A stretch of DNA of 64,000 nt, taken from positions 192,001 to 256,000 of the forward strand of contig CAWAUM010000010.1 of the NCBI GenBank assembly GCA_963785235.1, read 5' to 3'. Below are positions 55,278 through 64,000 of the stretch, piece after piece (position 1 is the first letter of the stretch; each line of letters begins with the position of its first letter). A program made the position numbers and the translations under genes. The notes under the pieces are model-generated. The model ran no database searches. It was not told the origin of the DNA and was given only the letters and a program-made list of their open reading frames with translations. Origin of the DNA: an uncultured delta proteobacterium (lineage in GTDB: Bacteria > Desulfobacterota > Desulfomonilia > UBA1062).

Positions 55278-56666
55278 TTACGCTTTATCGTTATACTCCT
55301 GGCGGCGATTCTTACCGGGTTCCGGCACGGGGGTACCGCCCCTGATCGTCAGGCGTCAGCGGCGCGGTCTTCGTCGTTGCGAAGTCGGCGACGCCGGGCG
55401 CCATTTCGTGCGGGCAGTTGAGCATCTGCTCGTAAGTGATTTCCTGCCCCGTGTGGGCCGCCATGCGGCCCATGCTCGTCACGAGGCTCGCCTCGACGCC
55501 GCGCGGCACTTCGTTGTACGGCTTGTCGTGAACGATCGCCTCGATGAGGTCCTTCCATTCCAGCACGTAGGGGCTTTCTTCGGGCTGCGGATAGGCCCAC
55601 ATCACGTTGTCGCGATCTGGCCTGAAGCTGCTTGAACGTCCGCACCTTGCCGGGATGTGGCCCGAGGTGCTGACGATCGCCGAGCCTTTCGTGCCATGCA
55701 CGACGCTCGACATGTCGTTGCGGCAGCCGATCATCGTCCGGCCGTCGAAGAAGAAACTCGATGCCGTCGTCGAACGTGTACTCGACCGCGTAGGTGTCGA
55801 AGTTCTGATCGACGTAAGTCGCCGCGGAAGTGGCGGCCGCCCAAGGCTTGCGCCTTCACCGGCCAGGCGTTCTTCATCCAGCAGACTTCGTCGATCTGAT
55901 GGACGTAGAAGTCGCTGAACAATCCGCCGCTGGCCCAGATGAAGCTGTGGAACCGCTCGATCTGCCATTGCAGCTCGTCGCGGTCCTCCGGCTTGGCGGT
56001 GGAGAAGCAAGTGCCGACCGGGCCGTGCATGCGGTAGGCCCGCATGCGCGATGATATCGCCGATCTCGCCGTCTTGAATCCGCTTGTGCAGTTCCTGCCG
56101 TCCGCGGCAATGGCGGATCATGAGACCGACGGCCGCCTTCAGATTCTTTTCGTCGGCCTTCTTCGCCAGGTCGAGCATCCGCTTGGCGGTCGGGCCGTCG
56201 GCAACGAGCGGCTTCTCCATGAAGACATTGAGCCCCTTGTCGATGGCGTATTGGAAGTGAACCCAGCGAAACGCCAGCGGCGTGGCGAAGATCGCGATGT
56301 CGCCCGGCCGCAGCGCATCCATCGCTTTCTTGTAGGCGTCGAAGCCGACGAACTGCGTTCTTCGGGCACGTCGATCAGATCGGGCTTGCCTTGAAATTCT
56401 GCTTGAGCGCGCTGTAGGCTTTCGTCCAGGCGGTGCTGGAAGACGTCGGCCATCGCCACCAGCTTGATGGGATAGCCGGCAGCGGTCAGCGCGTCGACCG
56501 CGGCTCCCGTGCCGCGTCCGCCGGCGCCGACCAGGGCCAGCTGCAGGTTGTGGTCCGATCCGGCCTGGGCGAACACGCGCGGCGCATGCAGGGCGCCGAG
56601 CGCCGACACGGCGCCGGCAAACTTGATGAACTCGCGACGATCGGCCTGAGAATTCTTGGCGCTCAT
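55278..56666 (-). CDS. Tat-exported Gfo/Idh/MocA oxidoreductase, frameshifted
   Basis: DRREFIK Tat motif, VGAGGRGTGA, FMEKP, SGGLFSDFYVHQID. Confidence 0.88.
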
Positions 56667-56686
56667 GGCTGTGCTCCTACGTGAGT

Positions 56687-58152
56687 TCAGGCGTAGTTTT
56701 CGGAACGCGAATGCGCTGCGGTAACTAAGTGTTTATCCGAAGAACTATTCCAGTAGAAATACATTTCTTCGACGGACGGAATTTCCAGCGGACGAGCAAT
56801 GCGAAATCCGAGCCAAGGGGCGTCGGTAAGATACCACATGACTCTTGGGAAGTTGCGGATCTTGCTGCTGCCAAGCCGGCGTCCGAGCCCAGCCGAGCGG
56901 CCGAGCGCAGCTGTTCCGGCTCGTCGGCCCACCCGCCGCCGCGGACGCTGCGAGGATAGAGCGTGGTCGGCCGGACGAACGGATTGGTCGGCGCCCGCTT
57001 TAAGCCGTTGGAAAAGTAATCTGGAACGAACTGGTCGGCGGTCCACTCCGTGACGTTGCCGTGCATGTCGTAAAGCCCCCACGGGTTCGGCTTCTTCTCG
57101 CCGACCTTCTGATACTTTTCCTCGCTGTTGCCTGTGATACCAGGCGTACTCGTCGAGCTCTGCCGGATCGTCGCCGAACGAGTAGGCGGTGGTCGTTCCG
57201 GCCCGGCAGGCGTATTCCCATTCCGCCTCGGTCGGCAGGCGATAGAAATGGCCCGTCTGGGCGCTGAGCCATTGGCAATATTTGTTGGCGCCGTGCTGCG
57301 TCATGCTGATCGCCGGGAAGCCGTACTGCCCCATGCCGAAGCTCATTTCGACATAGGGCGTCGTCGGCTGGCTCACCGCATCGACGTCGGTATGGCCGCC
57401 GGGTCGAAATCCTTACGCATGCCGTTCTTGAATCGTTCGATGCCGCGTGATCATGAACGGCTCGTACTCGTCCCAAGTCACTTCGTACTTGCCGATCCAG
57501 AACGGAGCGACCGCGACTTCGACTTGCGGGCCTTCGTCGTCGCCCGGCCTGGCTCGGCGGCGGGGCTGCCCATCAGGAACTCGCCCCCCTCAATGGCGAC
57601 CATCTCGTAGGGCGCGTCGGTTGAGCGGAACCTCCGCCTCGTAGTCTTCAAAGGGCGTCGTCGGCTTGCACCGCGGGCCTTCGTCCACGATCTGGGCATG
57701 GATCCGCCGCACCAACTGCATGTCGTCGGGCGAGGGGATTTGCGACTGGGGTTTCGGCCGCACCTTAAGCGTAACTCCTTCGGCCAGATTGCTCCCTGAG
57801 CAATCCACAGCCGAAGCGTTTCAATCGAGTCGGCGTTCAACGGGCCGCCTTGATCGAGCGGAGGCATCAGCTGCGGGTCGTCTTTGTCGACGACAATGAC
57901 GGTAAAGAATGAGCTCTCGTCCGGCGAGAAGGGTACGAGCAATCCCTCCGCGCGGCGAACGCTCTCGATCGACGCGAGGTCGATACCGCCGTCGACATGT
58001 TTGCCCGAATGGCACGCGAGGCAATGCATCTCAAGAATTGGTTGAACTTTTGCCGCGAAGTCGACGTCAGCATGCACTAGCAGTGCAAATTGCAAGCAGA
58101 GACTGCTCATTAGAATTCCGCGGCACGCGATGACAACGGCTTGGCGTTTCAT
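56687..58152 (-). CDS. Planctomycete cytochrome c domain fused to FGE/SUMF1-like domain, frameshifted
   Basis: HCLACH and MPP; [34 protein letters not shown]. Confidence 0.85.
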
Positions 58153-58384
58153 GCAAGATCCCGCATGTTCCGACTCGGCGGCAGATCGTTGTTCTTCGAT
58201 CACAATGCATCACTCCAAGAGCCGGGCGAATTTCGACAAAATAGCTTCGCGAGCCGCGGCTGAATTGATCGAGTTCCATCGTAACGCGGCATGCAACGCG
58301 AACGCACTGCCGGCCACGCAAACTTGCATAGATTGAGATGATAATATTGCTGCAATACTCGGCGTCGCGTTGTAGAGTGAGTCC

Positions 58385-59523
58385 ATGCGTGTGACTTTGA
58401 AAGACATCGCTGAGGCGCCGAATTATCTGTCAGCACGACGAGTCGCGCTCTCAACAATCATCCTTCCATCAGCCAGGAAACCACCGTCAAGGTACGGAAA
58501 ATCGCCGGCGAACTTCGCTATGAACCGGTCCGTTCCCACCGACGGCCGACGCCGGTCTCGGGACTTTTGGCCGGCCGGAATATTGCGATTGCCTCGCTCG
58601 GGCTCGATCGCTCGTTGGCGTCGATGCCGGTCGTGAGCAATGCGTTTCACGGCGCAGAAGAGGTTCTCCGCGATGCGGGGGCGAATGTGCAAATCGTTCA
58701 CATTCCCTACCTGGATCAGTTGGCTAGTGAACTGCAACCAACGCAACTCGACGGCCTTGTCCTGACAGGCGCCATGGTCGAGCAATTTTCCACAGCAGCG
58801 TGTCCTTCGACGATCAGCCTGTTGAAAAAGATCCCCACGGTTTGGATGATTGGGCACCCGCCAGGCGCCTGGGGCGACGCCGTAGTGGCCGACGACTTTG
58901 CCATCGGCAGCGGCGCCGCTGAGCATTTATTCGCTCAGGGACATCGCGAGTTAGCGTTCCTCAACCCGATGCCGGACAACTTGCTGTTCGCGCGGCGGGA
59001 GATGGCTTCTACGCGACGGCTCGTCGGCTCGGGGCGTCGGTTCAGTCCTTCTGCGAAGCGCCAGAAGCTGGTTGGCCGCTCCCGCTCAGGTCGCCCGCGT
59101 CGGTTTTCGACGTTGTGCAGCGTCTCATTGATCGAATGTTGGAGAGTCGACCGCGCCCGACGGCGGTCTTCGCGTCGGCCGATAGCGTAGCCCGCGCTGG
59201 TTTACTGCGCTGGGGTGCGCGGGCTACGCATCGGTCACGACGTCAGCGTTATCGGGGGCAACAACACCCCCGGACTGATGACGACTCCATTCGCCAACTT
59301 GGCGACTTTCGATATTCACGCCGACCAACTCGGAGCGCTGGCCGTGCGACAACTGGCGACTCAGTTCTCGGAGAGAAGGTTCAACCTTCGCTCCACATGT
59401 ATGTCCGAGTCGGTGGCGACGCACTTGGTCGTCAGTCCGACGTTTATCCCGGGCGAATCCGTCCAGGGATTGCGTCGAGAAGGATTACTCACCTCATTCA
59501 AGCCACGCTCTTCAGCATTGTAA
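58385..59523 (+). CDS. LacI family transcriptional regulator, frameshifted
   Basis: MRVTLKDIAE, HLFAQGHRELAFL, PTAVFASAD, DVSVIG. Confidence 0.85.
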
Positions 59524-59570
59524 CGAACCACTCTTGTCATATCTTTTCGCTCCCAATGAACAGGTGCATT

Positions 59571-60689
59571 ATGAACAAAGCAGTCTGCAGAGTTGCCTTT
59601 GCGTACGGCATGTTTGCGATCTTAGCGCTGGCCGCATCATCGCCTGCGTTGGCCGTCGACACGATGGTCGATTGGACAGGCCTCAATAACCGCCCCACGG
59701 ATCCGCCGTCGGCGTTCGCTCCCGACAATGACTACGGCTTGATCTCGCCGACGTCCGCCGGCGGACAGATTCAGAGCAAGGTGAATTTCGCCGGCCAGTT
59801 CCCGACGGACTTGGGGCAAACCATCAATACGGAGTTCGTCTACTTCAGCGATCCGACGCTCGAAGGCCCGACGCTCGATTTCCGCAGCGAACTGCACATG
59901 ACCGGGACCATCACCTTTAATTCTCCCCAGGCGACCGAGCCGAACCTGTTGTTCGGCTGGTACAACAGCGAAAATTCGACTCATCGGATCGGGCTAGGCA
60001 TTTCCAATCGATCGGTGTCGCAAGGAGGAGCCATCGCCGATAATCTGCGCGTCGACTTCGGCTACGCCTCGACAAGCTACCCGAATCCCAACGGGACGGG
60101 CAACTTGGGCAATAAGTTCTACTACGTGTCGACCGACGGTAATCAGCCCCCAGAAAGCGGCAACTCAGTCATTCCCAACGGCAGTTATCCCTTTACCTTC
60201 GACTACATTCCCGGACCGGCCGGCTCGTTAGGCGGCTCGATGAGCGCGACGGTCGGCACTTTCTTCAAGACCGTTCAACCGCTCGAAACTCAGCCGCACG
60301 ACTTCGACGAATTCACGTTCGATCGCTTTGGGTTTATTCAACGATCGACCACCAACACCACGCAACTCGGCAACTACAACATCGTCTTCTCCAACGTGAC
60401 CTATACCGGCGGCACCGCGGCCGCCGTGGCCATTCCCGGCGATTTCGACGCTGACGCCGACGTCGACGGCGCCGATCTGGCCATCTGGAAAGCCAATTAT
60501 GGAACCGGAACGTCAGTCGCCACCGGCGACGCGGACGGTGACAACGACGCCGACGGGAATGACTTTCTGATCTGGCAGCGGAATCTGTCAGGCGCTCCGG
60601 TGGCAGCAGTGCCTGAGCCCAGCGCTCTGTTGCTGCTAACGGCGAGCGGGATCGCAATCTTCAGCCGCCGGCTTCGACAGAAGCGATAA
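59571..60689 (+). CDS. Secreted PEP-CTERM protein with dockerin-like repeats
   Basis: Signal peptide; GDFDADADVDGADLAIWKANYG, GDADGDNDADGNDFLIWQR; VPEPS, TM, RR tail. Confidence 0.9.
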   Translation: MNKAVCRVAFAYGMFAILALAASSPALAVDTMVDWTGLNNRPTDPPSAFAPDNDYGLISPTSAGGQIQSKVNFAGQFPTDLGQTINTEFVYFSDPTLEGPTLDFRSELHMTGTITFNSPQATEPNLLFGWYNSENSTHRIGLGISNRSVSQGGAIADNLRVDFGYASTSYPNPNGTGNLGNKFYYVSTDGNQPPESGNSVIPNGSYPFTFDYIPGPAGSLGGSMSATVGTFFKTVQPLETQPHDFDEFTFDRFGFIQRSTTNTTQLGNYNIVFSNVTYTGGTAAAVAIPGDFDADADVDGADLAIWKANYGTGTSVATGDADGDNDADGNDFLIWQRNLSGAPVAAVPEPSALLLLTASGIAIFSRRLRQKR

Positions 60690-60830
60690 CACTCGACAAG
60701 TCCCGCATCGAGAGATCATTCTTGCGATTTAATAACTTGCGCGACGTGGTCGGCTGCGAGCGAGGCTAGAAATCGGTTGTTCGCGACTTTTTCAGGCAAC
60801 CAAGTCCAACGTCAATCGGTAAATGTTCGC

Positions 60831-62650
60831 ATGAGAAACATCTGGTGCAGGTGCAGTAGCCTCTTTGCCCTGGCGATCTCGAGTTCGCTGTGCGTTTCGC
60901 TGTATGCTGAAACTGAACCCGGTTTGGCAGGCCATTGGAAACTTCAGGGCGATTGCCGCGACTATTCCGGCAACGACAACCACGGCGTCAACCACGGCGT
61001 CGAGCTGCAGCGCGGCCAATTCGACGGTAAGTCGTCATTCATCGAAGTCCCCGCCAGCGATTCGCTCCAACTCGGCAGCGAAGATTTCACCTTCGCAGCG
61101 TGGATCTGGACGCCGCCAGAACTCGACGACGTCGTCGGCGACGTCGTCAGCATGTACGATCCGCAGACGCGGCGAGGAGTTAACCTCACCGTCAATTCCA
61201 GTGCCGGCGGCTATCAATCGCAAGGGACCGATCGCCAGATTCATTTTGGCATCGATAACGCACAAACCGGCGATTGGATCGATTGCGGCCGGCCGAATCC
61301 GACGAGCAACTATGTCAGCAATTCGATAACCGTTTTACGGGCATCTTTACGCGGCGACGACTGACGGCCGAGACGTCGACGATTGGTGCCACGTCTATCG
61401 TTATGATGGCGATCAAAAGTGGACCGATTGCGGGCGCGTTGGTGACCGGCAAGACGACCGGCGTCTGGGCCGTTGATCGTGCATGACGGCGAGCTGTATG
61501 CCGTGACCAGCACCTACGATTGGACTCGCGTCCGAGAGGCGACTACGAGCCGGACGCGTTTATCGATACCTGGGCGGCACGGATGGGAAGATTGCGGCCA
61601 GCCCAGCGACAACCGCACGCTCAATTCTGCTCGCCAGCTATCAAGGGCAAGCTTTACGTCGGCGGCGGCCCCGAGACCTGGGGCGTCTTCAGCTCAGACG
61701 CGCGACAAGAAGTGGCAAGCTCTCCAAGGAATTCCCGAAAGAAGGACCGCAGCGATGTTTCCCTCACGCCATGTGCCGCCACAACGGACAAGTTGTACGT
61801 CGCCTTTCCCGGCGTCTACGATTCGACGGCGACGAATGGAACTATCGTCGGCAATCCGCTGCCGATCGAAGACGAATCCGATGTTCCAACTCACTCGCTG
61901 AGCTGCATCAAGGCAGAACTGCTTGCCGGCACGTGGCCGGAAGCCAAAGTCGCCGTCTACAAGGGCGACGAGAATGTGGAAGAGATCGGCCGCGTCGGCG
62001 AGGACGGCACCGAGGTCAATTCGCTGGTGGTCTACAACGGGAAGCTTTACGGCGGCTCGCTGCCGCGTTCAGAGGTCTGCCGCTACGACGGCGGATCGAA
62101 GTGGACTTCGCTCAAGCGATTCTACTCGCCCGACGGATGGAGCCGGGCATTCCCGCCGCGGCTATCCGAAAGGAAGTCAATGAGTGGGGTCGCGTGACAA
62201 GCCTGACGGTCTGCGACGGCAAGCTTTTCGCCAGCACCGGCAGTTGCACCAGTTCGACGCAGGACGCCCCGCTCGATGTCCGCGGCAAAGTGTTTAGCAT
62301 GGAGGCCGGAAAAGTCGCCTCTTCCGACAACGACTTGGTCCTGGCTGGAAACATCTTGCTGCAGTGCAGATGCGGGCGGCTCGTGAAGCTCTACGTCGAC
62401 GGCAAACTCGCGGCGAAATCGTCGAGCTTTGATCCGGCCGACTACGACCTGAACACCGGCAAGCCGCTGCGGCTCGGGTTTCGGTCAAACTGAATATTTC
62501 GCTGGCAAAATGTATGACGTACGGGTTTACCGCGCGGCGCTGAGCGACGATCGGATAGCCGAACTCGCCGCGAGCCAGCCCGCAGATCTGAGATTACGCC
62601 AGTCGACAACCTTGCGACGCCGAGATTCGGCTGCGTCGCAATTACATTGA
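60831..62650 (+). CDS. Secreted LamG-like jellyroll protein with internal propeller-like repeats, frameshifted
   Basis: GHWKLQGDCRDYSGNDNHG, DFTFAAWI, repeated DCG motifs, LYVDG, FAGKMYDVRVY. Confidence 0.78.
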
Positions 62651-62679
62651 TTAAAATTGGTCCCCGAACTGAACTGAAT

Positions 62680-63711
62680 ATGAAGACTGATCTAGCAGTC
62701 GTTAATTACGCCCCCGAACCGTATAGCGTCGAGCTGCGCGAAATCCCCGCGCCACGATCGATGACGATCAGGTCTTGCTGGAGGTGCAGTCGGTCGGCGT
62801 GTGCGGCAGCGATCTGCACATGTGGACGGCTCAGCAAAGTTGGCCGGTGAATTACCCGTGGTGCTGGGGCACGAGTTCTGCGGCATCATTTGCGAAGTGG
62901 GCAAGAACGTTCGCGGCTGGAGCGAAGGCGACCGCGTCGTCAGCGAGACGGCGGCGGTGATCGATCCCGACAGCCCGCTGACGCGGCAGGGTCTCTACAA
63001 CCTCGATCCCGGTCGCCGCGGATTCGGCGCGATGATCGACGGCGCCATGCGGCGGTACGTGCCCGTGCCGGCGCGAATTCTGCACCGCATGCCGGACGGG
63101 ATGACGTTCGATCAGGCCGCGCTCACCGAGCCGTGTTGCGTGGCGTTCAACGCGGTGGTGAGCAACGTGCGGATTCGGCCCGGCGATCGCATCGTCGTGC
63201 TGGGGCCGGGTCCGATCGGGATTCTGTGCGCCGCGCATGGCGCGGCTATGCGGCGCCGACGTGGCGCTGGCTGGGCTCGAGCGCGACCGCGACCGGCTTG
63301 CAAGTCGGCGCGAACTACGGTTGCGAACCGCTCATCGGCGACTTGACGCGATTGGGCGTTCGAGGCGCGACGGCCTGGGCGCCGACGGCGTGGTCGACGC
63401 GACCGGCGTTTCGGCGGCGTTGACCACTGCGCTCGAAATCGTGCGCCCCGCCGGCTGGATCAGCAAAGTCGGCTGGGGACCGCAGCCGCTCGGCTTCTCG
63501 CTCGATCGGCTCGTGCAGAAGAACATCACGCTGCAAGGCAGCTTCAGCCACAACTGGCCGATCTGGGAACGCGTGATTCGGTTGATCGCAACCGGGGAGC
63601 TCGACGTGCGGCCGATCACCGGCGGCGTTTGGCCGCTGGCCGAGTGGCAAGAGGCGTTCGAGACGATGCACTCGGGCGAGATCGTCAAAGCGGTGCTGAA
63701 GCCCGGATTGA
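62680..63711 (+). CDS. Zinc-dependent sugar-alcohol dehydrogenase, frameshifted; end approximate
   Basis: GVCGSDLH, LGHEF, LTEPCC, GPGPIG. Confidence 0.87.
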
Positions 63712-63828
63712 AGTCGACGTTGCGCACCGACGCTGCCAAGCAGGCCCAACCGATTGGCAATGCGCCTCCCATGCACGCTCCGCGCCTAGCGTCAGAGACG
63801 CACCAACGCAGCGAAGACAACTATCGCC

Positions 63829-64000
63829 ATGCAACTAGCAGAAAAGTCATTTTGGTCACCGGCAGCACGACCGGCATCGGCGAAGCGATTGCGCGCTACG
63901 CTTGCCGAGAGGGCGCCAGCGTCATGCTCCATGGCCGAGAAACGAGCGCGGCCATGCGCTTGTCGCTGAATTCAGGGCCGCAGGCTAGGTTCGTCGCGCC
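63829..64000 (+). CDS. Short-chain dehydrogenase, partial at right edge
   Basis: VILVTGSTTGIGEAIA after a 1-nt indel. Confidence 0.8.

Noticed and set aside
59115-59570. Long N-terminal extension of the PEP-CTERM ORF
   Set aside because: It derives from the frameshifted LacI C-terminus; the signal peptide begins at 59571.

Overview
The window joins two unrelated DNA segments at about 42,660. Segment 1 (1-42,660) resembles an anaerobic deltaproteobacterium (Desulfobacterota-like; inferred from gene content). It carries an atu/liu-like branched-chain acyl-CoA cluster (three acyl-CoA dehydrogenases, a carboxylase split over three genes, an enoyl-CoA hydratase, AtuA-like, divergent TetR), the thrS-infC-rpmI-rplT-pheS-pheT operon, tRNA-Val(GAC), a fatty acid-CoA ligase, a CdaA-YbbR diadenylate cyclase fusion, a TetR-controlled TPP-enzyme/SCP2/dehydrogenase operon and prfC. 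Its intergenic regions hold a family of long, sequence-divergent, near-perfect palindromes and several MITE/REP-like elements. Segment 2 (42,661-64,000) looks planctomycete (Pirellulales/Lacipirellula-like): DUF1501, ceramidase-like, PVC-type heme protein, and a LacI-centred sugar catabolism locus with PEP-CTERM and LamG proteins. Both genes at the join are cut mid-frame and no mobility signature is present, so an assembly or read chimera is the best explanation. Many genes, including essential ones, carry indels typical of unpolished long reads, so coordinates of frameshifted genes are approximate. All family calls come from motif recognition, not database searches. I found no CRISPR array, transposase or clearly new defence system.
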